Of a DNA stretch of 64,000 nt, positions 54,405-63,599 are shown piece after piece. The translations under genes and the position numbers were made by a program. Below the pieces are notes generated by a model, which was not told the origin of the DNA, ran no database searches, and saw only the letters and a program-made list of their open reading frames with translations. Source of the DNA: an uncultured Verrucomicrobiota bacterium (GTDB lineage Bacteria > Verrucomicrobiota > Verrucomicrobiia > Limisphaerales > JADLHS01); assembly GCA_903828255.1 (NCBI GenBank), contig CAIKLQ010000829.1:7824-71823 (forward strand), read 5' to 3'. How positions within the stretch are numbered: position 1 is the first letter of the stretch; each line of letters opens with the position of its first letter.

Positions 54405-57389
54405 TCAAGGTTTGTTTTCGCCGCTCAGGTTCTCCATCAAAGGTGTGACGGTCAAGCAGGCACTTGGCTTGGCCTTTGAATGTTGGGTTCGCTGGTCCAG
54501 CACCTTGTTTGAGAGATCTGGCGGCGATAGCACCGACAGCGTCGCCAACCGGTTGGCAAAACCCGCCCCACTGCCCGCCCACACTTTGCTCGCCAGCGTG
54601 AAACCGCCGCCCGCGCCGGCCCCATGAAACTCCCAGATGCGCCCCGCCCCGTCCGCCACCAGCACGTCCGGCCAACCGTCAGCATTGATGTCGGCGGCGC
54701 TGATTCCCGAAGCGTCCGGCACGGCCGGGCCCAAAAGGTTCTCCGTGAAGATGCCCGCGCCGTAAGGCGTAGTGGAACTTCCCGTGTGCGGATAAACTCG
54801 CACCGTGCCGTCGCCCAACAATACCAGCAAGTCCAGCCGCCCGTTGCCCGTCACATCCGCCAGCGCGGGAATAGCCACCGTTGACCCCGCCGCAATCACG
54901 TAGTTGACCGCCGGAGACTGCGACGCACCGAAGTTGCCCGGGGACGAAATCACCCGTAGCGTTCCGCCGTCGCCGCCCACCACGAGGTCAGCCTTGCCGT
55001 CACCACTCCAATCACCTAAAGCCAGCGCGGGCGAAGCGATGCCCGACCACGCCGGAGCGAGGCTCGCGAAGTTCGCCGTGCGCTCGCTCAAGTCCATCGT
55101 GGAGCGCGAGCCGATGTTCTCGAACACCCGCACCGACCCGACCGCGCTGGCCACGAACAAATCCAGATCGCCATCGCCGTCCCAATCGCCAAGCGCGGGC
55201 GCAACGTTGGCCCCAAATGCCCCACCGCCGGGCGTCGGCGGTTTCGCCGCGAAGAAATTCGTCAGCACGCCGTTCATCAACAGGTATTTCAACGGCTCGA
55301 AAGGCTGCATGTCCATGACGGTGCTGCTGGCGGCGTGGGCACGGGAGATGCCGCCGGGGACAAACTCATCTTTACAAACGGGGACCGTGCCGAGGTTGAA
55401 TTCCTCATTGAGGCTTAGCCCGTCACCATCAGGGTCGAAGTCCTCGGTTACTTCCGGAGTTGTTTCGATACGCATCCCAAAGTTGACAGTTTGATTTGTG
55501 CTGAATTTCAGCTTCCACTGCTGGTCCTCTTGCTCCCAAAAATCTCGATAGCTGCTGCCTACGGCGGGTGGATCGTAGAGAGCGACCCCTGCCACGCCCC
55601 CGCCGCCATTGAAGTGGTACCGCACCGCCAAAGTTAAGGCGGAGACTCCGGGAATGAAGCTGCCCCCGTCAGGCAGCCCGTCAAAGTCGTCCAGATCGGT
55701 TGCGTCGAAATTCAACGTCGAACCAGCGCTGTTGGCCAGGTTGACGCCGTAATAACAGTAAACCAACGTTCCCGGCGTCTGGTAGCCATTGAAGGGAGGG
55801 CCATCGTTAAGCCGCAGTTCGACGTCCAGCGTCAAACCGACCGTGGCGACGGCAAACAATTCAAAGCTAAAGCCGGTCATAAAACGGTTGGTGCCGGCCA
55901 GATTGACCTCGTCACCGATCCAGGTTTCATCCCCGCCTTGAATCCCGGTGAAAGGGCCGCTGCGGGTGGTCGAGTTGTTGTAGAGGGTTTTGACATTCGT
56001 CCTGGAGTGCCCTGTCGTGGTTGGGAAATACACGTACTCAAACCAGTCGGCTACGCTGTCCGCGTCCGAATCTTGCGCACTGGCATAGTAGTGCGCGGTG
56101 GCCACCGTGTTGTTGGTGACGGTGAAGCTGAATCCGCCAAGGGCGATCCCATAAACGTCCTGCTGTCGCACGCCGTCGCGGTCCCAATATGCGAAGCGAT
56201 AACCGGAGTTAGCCTGCCCCCATAGGTCGGGCGTCGTGATGACCGCGCCTGCGTTGACGATGCGGCTCGCATTGATAAAGCCGGCCGGACTACTGGCCAA
56301 CCTATACACCGGGAAACTTTCGAGGTTCACCGTCACGGTATCGGAGCGGGCTCGGGCCAGGCCGCCGGGCACGAACTCATCCCGCAAGGTGGGCAGCGTG
56401 CCCAGCGCCAGTTCCCCGCCGAGCGTGTAGCCGTCGCCGCCCGTGTCGGACCCGCCGCCTTGGGCGACGGTGGGGTAATAGACATACTCAAACCAATCGG
56501 CAACGCCATCCGCGTCGGAATCTTGCGCCGCCGGGTAGTAATGTGCGGTGGCCACGGTGTTGCTGGTAACGATGAAACTGAACCCGCCCAGCGCGATGCC
56601 GTAGTTATCTTGCTGGCGGACGCCCTCGAGCTCCCAGTAGGCGCAGCGGTAGCCGGAGATAGCCTGCCCCCATAAGTCGGCCGTGGTGACGACCGTGCCG
56701 GCCACCACGGTGTTGCTCCCGGACACAAACCCGGGCGGACTGCTGATAAGCCGATAAGTAGGCGACAAATCCAAGTTCATGGTCACGCTGGACGACCGGA
56801 TGCGGGACAATCCGCCGGCCACCACCTCGTCATACACGCGGGGATGAAAGCCGAGGGCGTATTCCTGAGCAAGTGAGTAGCCGTCGCTGTCGGTGTCAGA
56901 GGTGCCGGTTTGGGCAAGGTTGCCGTAGTATTCGATCTCATACCAGTCCGGCAAACCGTCGGCGTCGGTGTCCTGTGACTCCGGCAGGTAATGCGCGATG
57001 GCGAGCGTGGGTCCGAACAGTGTGAACGAGGCGGGATTCTGCGACCAGTTGGTGTCGTCATCAAACCTCACACCGTTTAGCGTCCAGTGGGTGAAACGAT
57101 AACTGCCGCTAACGGCGGGCGCGGTTACGGTCGTGGTGCTGGTCGGCGTGTCGAGGTAGTTCGTCTGGACAATGATTCCCGGCGGATCGGAGATTTGGGC
57201 AACTTCCACGATGGCCGAGCGGCCCACTTGAACCAGCAATAAAAAGATAGCAACCGCACTGGAGCCCCCATAGCAACCCACCTCGGGAGCGCCGGCATCC
57301 TTTCCGGCAGTGAGCAAGGAGAACACCACGGCGGCAGGGAACCGGCGCTCCCGAAGTTGCGCGGAAAGGCTGTGGCGCGATGAATTCAC
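54405..57389 (-). CDS. large FG-GAP/VCBS-repeat protein with three 150-aa tandem repeats and TSP3-like Ca-binding linkers
   Basis: C-terminal FG-GAP motifs are present (GDWDGDGDLDLFVA, GDWSGDGKADLVVG, DVTGNGRLDLLVL, DINADGWPDVLVA). DTDADGLPDW-type and DSDADGVADW-type Asp-rich loops are present. The GTG start overlaps an upstream TGA. Confidence 0.75.
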   Translation of the reverse strand: MNSSRHSLSAQLRERRFPAAVVFSLLTAGKDAGAPEVGCYGGSSAVAIFLLLVQVGRSAIVEVAQISDPPGIIVQTNYLDTPTSTTTVTAPAVSGSYRFTHWTLNGVRFDDDTNWSQNPASFTLFGPTLAIAHYLPESQDTDADGLPDWYEIEYYGNLAQTGTSDTDSDGYSLAQEYALGFHPRVYDEVVAGGLSRIRSSSVTMNLDLSPTYRLISSPPGFVSGSNTVVAGTVVTTADLWGQAISGYRCAYWELEGVRQQDNYGIALGGFSFIVTSNTVATAHYYPAAQDSDADGVADWFEYVYYPTVAQGGGSDTGGDGYTLGGELALGTLPTLRDEFVPGGLARARSDTVTVNLESFPVYRLASSPAGFINASRIVNAGAVITTPDLWGQANSGYRFAYWDRDGVRQQDVYGIALGGFSFTVTNNTVATAHYYASAQDSDADSVADWFEYVYFPTTTGHSRTNVKTLYNNSTTRSGPFTGIQGGDETWIGDEVNLAGTNRFMTGFSFELFAVATVGLTLDVELRLNDGPPFNGYQTPGTLVYCYYGVNLANSAGSTLNFDATDLDDFDGLPDGGSFIPGVSALTLAVRYHFNGGGGVAGVALYDPPAVGSSYRDFWEQEDQQWKLKFSTNQTVNFGMRIETTPEVTEDFDPDGDGLSLNEEFNLGTVPVCKDEFVPGGISRAHAASSTVMDMQPFEPLKYLLMNGVLTNFFAAKPPTPGGGAFGANVAPALGDWDGDGDLDLFVASAVGSVRVFENIGSRSTMDLSERTANFASLAPAWSGIASPALALGDWSGDGKADLVVGGDGGTLRVISSPGNFGASQSPAVNYVIAAGSTVAIPALADVTGNGRLDLLVLLGDGTVRVYPHTGSSTTPYGAGIFTENLLGPAVPDASGISAADINADGWPDVLVADGAGRIWEFHGAGAGGGFTLASKVWAGSGAGFANRLATLSVLSPPDLSNKVLDQRTQHSKAKPSACLTVTPLMENLSGENKP
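56027..57212 (-). repeat. tandem 450-bp coding repeats (about 2.6 copies)
   Basis: The SGYRxxxW anchor recurs at aa 95, 245 and 395. At DNA level, 56034 (gtactcaaaccagtcggc) matches 56484 (atactcaaaccaatcggc), exactly 450 bp apart. By eye the units are roughly 80 percent identical. Confidence 0.8.
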
Positions 57390-57553
57390 GGCGTGCGTTT
57401 GTCCACCACGGCAACATGATAGGCCGAGGAGCCGACTCCCAGCAGATCAACGCCACTCAAGCCGGCCGGGACATTGAGTTGCCCCTGTTCGTTAGATCCC
57501 CAAGCGAGGACAGTGCCGTCGGCCCGCAGGGGGAGGCTGGTAATCGTCGCGGC
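57386..57553 (-). pseudogene. RCC1-repeat C-terminal fragment
   Basis: The 55-codon open frame is bounded upstream by a TAG at 57554-57556. It reads ..RADGTVLAWGSNEQGQLNVPAGLSGVDLLGVGSSAYHVAVV.., a classic RCC1 blade. There is no start codon. Confidence 0.4.
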
Positions 57554-57740
57554 CTATGAGGATTTTGCGCAATTTGGTATCAGTAACGCGGGGCCATTTC
57601 AGTTTCGTTAGCCGGAGGTGGGCTTTTGCGGCATCAATGACTTCGGAGTCAAATGCGCGCCCCAGCCATTCCTTCAGGGTCTTGTGCTCTGGGTGTTTCC
57701 GGTGCTTGAGAATTGGGAGCAAGTCTTCATAGCTCCCCAA
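57492..57740 (-). CDS. hypothetical 82-aa ORF (possibly a remnant)
   Basis: This is an ORF only, with no recognisable motif. Its 3' end overlaps the RCC1 fragment in another frame. Confidence 0.15.
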   Translation of the reverse strand: MGSYEDLLPILKHRKHPEHKTLKEWLGRAFDSEVIDAAKAHLRLTKLKWPRVTDTKLRKILIGRDDYQPPPAGRRHCPRLGI

Positions 57741-57795
57741 TCCTCGCCCACCCTATTGAGGCTCGCCAAATAGGGTGACAGGGAATGAGCGCGAG

Positions 57796-57901
57796 CGGAG
57801 CGCGGCGTTCCCGCCGCTTCAACTCCCGAAACCAAAGCCGGCCAGGAGTTTGCAACCCTGTGGTCATTCGGACGGTGAAGCGGCCTGAACGCCGCGCTCC
57901 G
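57796..57901. repeat. ~106-nt hairpin element with 15-bp perfect terminal inverted repeats
   Basis: cggagcgcggcgttc (57796-57810) pairs with gaacgccgcgctccg (57887-57901). An inner gcttca / tgaagc pairing is also present. Confidence 0.75.
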
Positions 57902-57956
57902 TCACCCAATTACACGGGTCTCAATAAGCGCCGGTTTGATAACTTCAAACTCGGTC

Positions 57957-58042
57957 GTAGCAGCCGACGTAAGGAGGCGCATATCTCTTGGTTTCTGGGG
58001 GGGCTGCACGCTCAAAAGTCAGAGCCTCCTTACGTCGGCTGC
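57957..58042. repeat. palindromic element with a 19-bp perfect inverted repeat
   Basis: gcagccgacgtaaggaggc (57960-57978) pairs with gcctccttacgtcggctgc (58024-58042). Confidence 0.9.
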
Positions 58043-58129
58043 CATGACCGAGGTGGGACTTAGTAAACCGGCTCTTATACGACAGCGAGGGCAACTCCAC
58101 GGCTACACTATCCAGGGGGATTGCCGGAT

Positions 58130-61100
58130 TTAGGTTCCAGGGTCCGCTGGCGCGCGGCCTGTCGGCTCCAGTTTTAATTCGCGCGCATGGAGCCAGGCAA
58201 ACAATACCGGGGTGACAATGAGGATGTGCAGAAAGCTACTCACCATGCCGCCCAAAACTGGCGCGGCCAGCGGGCGCATCACCTCCGAGCCGGTGCTGGT
58301 GCTCCACATGATAGGCAGCAAGCCGGCCACGGTGGTGCCGACCGTCATCACCTTGGGCCGCAACCGCAGCTTCGCCCCGGCCTTCACCGCTTGGATCAGA
58401 TCGGCATAATTGAAAGCCGCGCCCCGCTCTGTCTGCTTCTTCCGCAGCGCTTCTTCCAGATAGACCACCATCACGATGCCCGTCTCAATGGCGGTGCCGA
58501 ACAAGGCGATGTAACCGACCCAGACCGCGACACTGAAGTTGTAGCCCAGCAGGTATTGCAGGAAGACCCCGCCGGTCAGCGCAAACGGCACCGCGAGGAT
58601 GACATGGGCCGCCTCCCGCGCGGAGCGATAGACGATGTAAAGCAGCAGGAAGATGATGCCGAGGACGGTGGGGACGATGATTTGCAGCGTGTGCTGCGCG
58701 CGCAACTGGTTCTCATACTGGCCGCTCCATTCGAGGGTCATGCCCGGAGCGAGTTGGATCTCTTGCGCCACCCGCTCGCGGGCTTCCTGCACGAAGCCGC
58801 CCAGGTCGCGCCCTTGCACATTGGCCTGCACGAAGACCCGCAGGCGGCCGTTCTCACTGGTGATTTCGCTGGGCCCCACCACGCGCTTGATCTTGGCGAC
58901 CTGGCCCAACGGGATGGCCTGGCCGGCGGGCGTGAAGACGAGCGCATCCCCCAAGCGCTCGATTTCATCCCGGTCGTTCTGTTGGAAGCGGACCTGGATA
59001 GGAAACCGCTGGCGCCCTTCAATAGTGGTGGACACGTTCTTGCCGCCCAAGCCGGCCTCCACCACATCGAGCACTGTCTTCGCGCGCAAGCCATAGCGGG
59101 CCATCGCCACCCGATCCACTTCTATGTTGAGGTAGGGTTTGCCCTGGAGGCGTGACGGAGCTACGCCCGCGGCACCGGGAATTTCGCGCATGATCTTCTC
59201 CACCTCGAAGGCCTTTTTCTGTAAGGCGTCCAGGTTGTCCCCCAGAATCTTCACGCCCACTTGGGCGCGAATGCCGGTGCTCAACATGAGGATGCGGCCT
59301 TCAATCGGGTGCAGAAAACCCGGCACGTAGCCCGGCGCCTGGCTGAGTTTCTCGGTCAACTCGGCGATCAGTTTGGCCTGGGTCATGCCCGGGCGCCATT
59401 GGGACTCGGGCTTGAGTTCGATCGTGGTCTCGATCATCTCGACCGGCGCCGGATCGGTGGCGGTTTCGGAACGTCCGAGTTTGCCGGCGGCGGATTGAAC
59501 TTCCGGCACCTGTTTCATCACTTGGTCCTGCCAGGAAATCAGTCGCTTAATCTCGGTAAGGGAGGTGCTCGGCAGTAACACGGGCATGAACAGCAGACTC
59601 CCCTCGTTCAAGGTCGGCATGAACTCGCTGCCCATGCCCCGCGCCACCTTGCCAAGCCCTGGCCAATTCGCCACCGCGCGGGCCACCGGCCGCGGCAGAC
59701 CGAAGGCCAGCAGCACCGCGATGGCGAGCAAACCCGCGGCCGTGCTTAAGACCGCGCGCCGATGGCACAAGGCCCAATCCAGCGCCGGAGTGTAGATGCG
59801 GAGCAGGCGGCCCATGATCCAGTTCTGCGCTTCCGGGCGAAACGGGCCGCGCACCAGGAAGGTGCAGAGCACTGGCACTATCGTGACTGCTAGTAAGGTG
59901 GCCCCAATCATGGCAAAGGTCTTGGTGAAGGCCAGCGGGTGAAAGAGTTTGCCCTCCTCTCCTATCAGCGTGAACACCGGGATGAAGGCGAGAATGATAA
60001 TCAGCATCGCGAAGAAAATGGGCCGGCCCACCTGCTGCGCTGCCTCCACGGTACACTGCCAGGTCTCCGCCGGCGTGAGGCGCGTCCGGCCACCGAGTTC
60101 CTCCTCGCGCCGTTCGCAGTGCCGAATCACGTTTTCGGTCATCACGATGCCGGCGTCCACCAGCACGCCGATGGCAATGGCAATGCCGCTCAAAGACATG
60201 ATGTTGGAGGTAATGCCGAACTGCTTCATCAGGATGAACGAAATCAAAATCGAAACCGGCAACGGTAAGGTAACAATCAAGATGCTGCGGAAGTGCCAGA
60301 GAAAGATGATGTGCGCCAGCGCCACCAGCAGGACCTCTTCCCAAAGGGCAGTCTTCAGCGTGGCGAGGCTCCGCTCGATAAGCGTACTCCGATCATAGAA
60401 GGGTTTGATAGTAACTCCGGGCGGCAGGCTCGGCATGATCTGGGCGATTTTTTCCTTCACGCTGCGGATGACGGCCAACCCGTTCTGCCCATTGCGCATA
60501 ACCACCACGCCGCCGACGACTTCCCGGCCATCAACATCCAGCGCGCCCCGCCGAAATTCGCCGCCGAGCTGGATGGTCGCCACGTCGCGGAGATACACCG
60601 GCGTGCCGCGGCTCGCCTTGAGCACAATGTTCTCCAAGTCACGGGTGGATTCGATCAAGCCCAAGCCGCGCACGACGAATTCCATGCCGTTTTCCTCGAT
60701 CACCTTGCCGCCGACGTTGAGGTTGCTCTGCTCCACCGCTTCGAGCACTTCCTGAAGTGATACCTGCAAGGTCCGCATGCGCGTCGGGGACACCTCGATT
60801 TGATATTGCCGGACAAAGCCGCCAATGCTGCCCACCTCGGCGACGCCGGGGAGGGCGTTGAGTTGGTAACGGATGAACCAGTCCTGCAGCGAACGTAACT
60901 GGGAGAGGTCATAGCCCCCCTGGGGCGACTTAGTCGGGTCCACCGCCAGGTAATACTGATAGACCCAGCCCAAGCCGGTGGCGTCGGGGCCTAGCTTGGG
61001 CACCACGCCGCTGGGGAGGTTATCGCCGAGGTAATTCAGGCGTTCGAGGACGCGGGAGCGGGCGAAGTAGTTATCTATGTCGTCCTCGAAAATGATGGTG

Positions 61101-61378
61101 ATGAAGGTAAATCCGAACATGGACGAGGCGCGGACGGTCTTCACCCCGGTCAGGCCCTGCAGGTTGACCGACAGTGGATAAGTCACTTGGTCCTCTACCT
61201 CCTGAGGACTGCGACCCGGCCAGTCCGCAAACACGATCACTTGGTTCTCGCTCAGATCAGGAATCGCGTCCACCGGCGTGTGGTAGAGGGAGCGGAGGCC
61301 CCACCCAATTACGAGTAAGACGCCGCAGACAACCAGAAAACGGTTGCGGAGCGACCATTCAATGAGGCGGTTGATCAT
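58130..61378 (-). CDS. cusA: CusA/CzcA-family heavy-metal efflux RND transporter
   Basis: The N-terminus is MINRLIEWSLRNRFLVVCGVLLVIGWGLRSLYHTPVDAIPDLSENQVIVFADWPGRSPQEVEDQVTYPL. The 1082-aa length fits the 12-TM RND layout. Confidence 0.93.
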   Translation of the reverse strand: MINRLIEWSLRNRFLVVCGVLLVIGWGLRSLYHTPVDAIPDLSENQVIVFADWPGRSPQEVEDQVTYPLSVNLQGLTGVKTVRASSMFGFTFITIIFEDDIDNYFARSRVLERLNYLGDNLPSGVVPKLGPDATGLGWVYQYYLAVDPTKSPQGGYDLSQLRSLQDWFIRYQLNALPGVAEVGSIGGFVRQYQIEVSPTRMRTLQVSLQEVLEAVEQSNLNVGGKVIEENGMEFVVRGLGLIESTRDLENIVLKASRGTPVYLRDVATIQLGGEFRRGALDVDGREVVGGVVVMRNGQNGLAVIRSVKEKIAQIMPSLPPGVTIKPFYDRSTLIERSLATLKTALWEEVLLVALAHIIFLWHFRSILIVTLPLPVSILISFILMKQFGITSNIMSLSGIAIAIGVLVDAGIVMTENVIRHCERREEELGGRTRLTPAETWQCTVEAAQQVGRPIFFAMLIIILAFIPVFTLIGEEGKLFHPLAFTKTFAMIGATLLAVTIVPVLCTFLVRGPFRPEAQNWIMGRLLRIYTPALDWALCHRRAVLSTAAGLLAIAVLLAFGLPRPVARAVANWPGLGKVARGMGSEFMPTLNEGSLLFMPVLLPSTSLTEIKRLISWQDQVMKQVPEVQSAAGKLGRSETATDPAPVEMIETTIELKPESQWRPGMTQAKLIAELTEKLSQAPGYVPGFLHPIEGRILMLSTGIRAQVGVKILGDNLDALQKKAFEVEKIMREIPGAAGVAPSRLQGKPYLNIEVDRVAMARYGLRAKTVLDVVEAGLGGKNVSTTIEGRQRFPIQVRFQQNDRDEIERLGDALVFTPAGQAIPLGQVAKIKRVVGPSEITSENGRLRVFVQANVQGRDLGGFVQEARERVAQEIQLAPGMTLEWSGQYENQLRAQHTLQIIVPTVLGIIFLLLYIVYRSAREAAHVILAVPFALTGGVFLQYLLGYNFSVAVWVGYIALFGTAIETGIVMVVYLEEALRKKQTERGAAFNYADLIQAVKAGAKLRLRPKVMTVGTTVAGLLPIMWSTSTGSEVMRPLAAPVLGGMVSSFLHILIVTPVLFAWLHARELKLEPTGRAPADPGT

Positions 61379-61403
61379 AGGTGTGGCCAGCGGTTGGCTT
61401 CGT

Positions 61404-63545
61404 TCAAGGCAGCACTTCCTCGCCGCACTTCAACATCTTGGCGCCGAAGAACGGATTACGCAGCGGGCCGCGGGCTTGCATCCACAGGCCCGGCTCCGGT
61501 GCCATGGGACAGTGGTAAACCTTGAGAGAAGCGAAGTTCAAGTCCTGTTTCCTAAGCTGTTTTGCCAACTCCGCGACCGTCGTGCTGAAGGGCAGGAATT
61601 GTTTGCGGGCGTCCGCCAGGTCCTGGGCGGGGTGCCACTTCAAGGCTGCGAGGTTGCGCAGCGGCGGCCCCAAGGGACTCGTGGCCGGGAGGGCATTCGT
61701 AAGTGGCTGTAGCAGTGCCGGAAGCTTGGCGATCTGAGTGTTGAAGGTCTTCAGATTGTCCGCCGCGAGCGCCTGGCTCACGCCGTTGGCCTCGGTAAGA
61801 AATGCCTGCAGCAATTCCCGTTGATTACCTACAAGCGCCGCCGCGCCAGTGGCCTCCGGCTTGTTGTCCCCGGCGGTTATCGGGATGGGTATTGCCGGAA
61901 TCTCCGCACTTGAGGTTTGGGGAGCCGGGTCCACGGGACTGTGGGCGGGGGCTTCATTCGCAGGGGGCTGCGCCTCGGGCGCCGGCGCGACTTGGGCGGA
62001 GGGTTCGGACGGGATTGGGTTCGCCAGCGGTTCAGGTGTGGGGGCCGGGGCATTCGTGGTCCCCATCGCCAACTCCTCCAGGATTGCCGCTCTCCGAATC
62101 ATCTGCAGCTCCGAGCCCGGAGACATCATGGCGCTCATCCTTTGAGTGCGCCCCGCGGCGGCATGCTCATTGGTGGAGCGGGGCCGGGGGACCGTGGGGG
62201 TGGCCTTGCCGGCGGAAGCGGTTGCCGGCGGCATCACTGGCAACTTCGGCTTGGCACTCGCTTCCTGGACCGCGCTCGCCTTGACGGGCATCGCCAGGTG
62301 GCTCATAGCTTCGGGTGCTTGAAGGGCAGGCACTTTTTCGATGGCAAGGGCTTCCGATTCCACTGGCTCAGGGTTGGCTCCGAGGGTGAACTGGGCCTGC
62401 GCATCCAGTAGCAGGTTGCCGGAAGTAACGACACTCTCCCCTTCCTCCAGACCTTTCAGCACTTCCCAGAATTCGTCCCCTTGACGCCCCAGCTTCAAGC
62501 GGCGCCGCTCGTAAGCGCCCCCGCCCTTTTCGAGGTACGCGTAGCTGGTGTCCCCGGGAAACAGCACGGCGGTGCGGGGGACCGCCAGGACCTCCGGCAC
62601 CTCGGCCCGCACATGGCCTTCGGCATACATCCCATACTTCAACAGGCGCCGTTTGTGACCCTGCACCTCCACCACCGGATTCTGAATATCGGCGCGCACT
62701 TTGATGGTGCGCGTAGCTTCGTTGAAGTTGGGTTCGAGGAACGAAATCACCCCGGTAAACACTTTGCCAGGAATCCCGACCACCTCGACCTCGATGGTTT
62801 CCCCGATTTCAAACCACGGCAACTGCTCCTGATAAACATCAAACCGAAACCAGAGCAGGGACGCATCCACGATCGTCAATAACCGGTCCCCCTCGGCGAC
62901 GTACTGTCCGTTATACACATTCCGGTCCAGCACCAAGCCCGCTTGGGGCGCGAGGATCACGCCGGTGTAAATGCCCGCATCCACATTCGCCTGGCTCAGG
63001 CTGTTGGTCGCGCCGGGTTGGGTGCTCTGCCGGACGGCGAGCAACGTCTTGCGCATTTGCACGAGTTCGGGGCTGAACATGGTAATCAACTTCTGCCCCT
63101 TCTCGACCTCCACGCCGGCATAATCCACGGTCAACGCGTCAATCCGGCCTCGCGCTGGCGCTGAAACCACCGTCTTGCTCGTCTCGTTTGCCTCCAAGGC
63201 TCCGGCCACCCGCAAGCTGCGGCGCAGGGTGCGGCGTTTGACCTCCTCGGTCTGGACATCGAGGACCGTGATCTGATTGGAGTTGATGCTGACGAGATTC
63301 CCGCCCGAAGCGAACCCCGCCTGACCTTTGTAGATCGGCGTCAGATCCATGGCGCAGATCGTGCATTTACCGGGCCCGTCGGACTTGATCCAGGGATGCA
63401 TCGAGTCCTGGTAGCAGGCGATTTTACGTTCCTGGCTCCCCACGGATGGCCGCGGAAATTGCCGCCACGCGGCGTAGCCGATTAATCCCAGAATCGGAAG
63501 GGCTAGGAGGAGAAGGAAGGATTTTGTTTTGGTTTGAGATTTCAT
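61404..63545 (-). CDS. cusB: RND periplasmic adaptor (CusB-like) fused to an N-terminal metal-binding motif and a C-terminal DUF3347-like domain
   Basis: The N-terminus has DSMHPWIKSDGPGKCTICAMDLTP. An HlyD/biotinyl-lipoyl-like core follows, then a ~150-aa Pro/Ala-rich linker. The C-terminus is YHCPMAPEPGLWMQARGPLRNPFFGAKMLKCG. Confidence 0.8.
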   Translation of the reverse strand: MKSQTKTKSFLLLLALPILGLIGYAAWRQFPRPSVGSQERKIACYQDSMHPWIKSDGPGKCTICAMDLTPIYKGQAGFASGGNLVSINSNQITVLDVQTEEVKRRTLRRSLRVAGALEANETSKTVVSAPARGRIDALTVDYAGVEVEKGQKLITMFSPELVQMRKTLLAVRQSTQPGATNSLSQANVDAGIYTGVILAPQAGLVLDRNVYNGQYVAEGDRLLTIVDASLLWFRFDVYQEQLPWFEIGETIEVEVVGIPGKVFTGVISFLEPNFNEATRTIKVRADIQNPVVEVQGHKRRLLKYGMYAEGHVRAEVPEVLAVPRTAVLFPGDTSYAYLEKGGGAYERRRLKLGRQGDEFWEVLKGLEEGESVVTSGNLLLDAQAQFTLGANPEPVESEALAIEKVPALQAPEAMSHLAMPVKASAVQEASAKPKLPVMPPATASAGKATPTVPRPRSTNEHAAAGRTQRMSAMMSPGSELQMIRRAAILEELAMGTTNAPAPTPEPLANPIPSEPSAQVAPAPEAQPPANEAPAHSPVDPAPQTSSAEIPAIPIPITAGDNKPEATGAAALVGNQRELLQAFLTEANGVSQALAADNLKTFNTQIAKLPALLQPLTNALPATSPLGPPLRNLAALKWHPAQDLADARKQFLPFSTTVAELAKQLRKQDLNFASLKVYHCPMAPEPGLWMQARGPLRNPFFGAKMLKCGEEVLP

Positions 63546-63599
63546 GCGTTGTCTCTTGCCGATAGGGTGCGGTTTGGTTCTGGCCGGAGCAAGGATAAG

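Noticed and set aside
54400-54675. N-terminal extension of the carboxypeptidase ORF
   Set aside because: It is a Gly/Arg-rich stretch that overlaps the 3' end of the FG-GAP gene. A proper signal peptide begins at the ATG at 54399.
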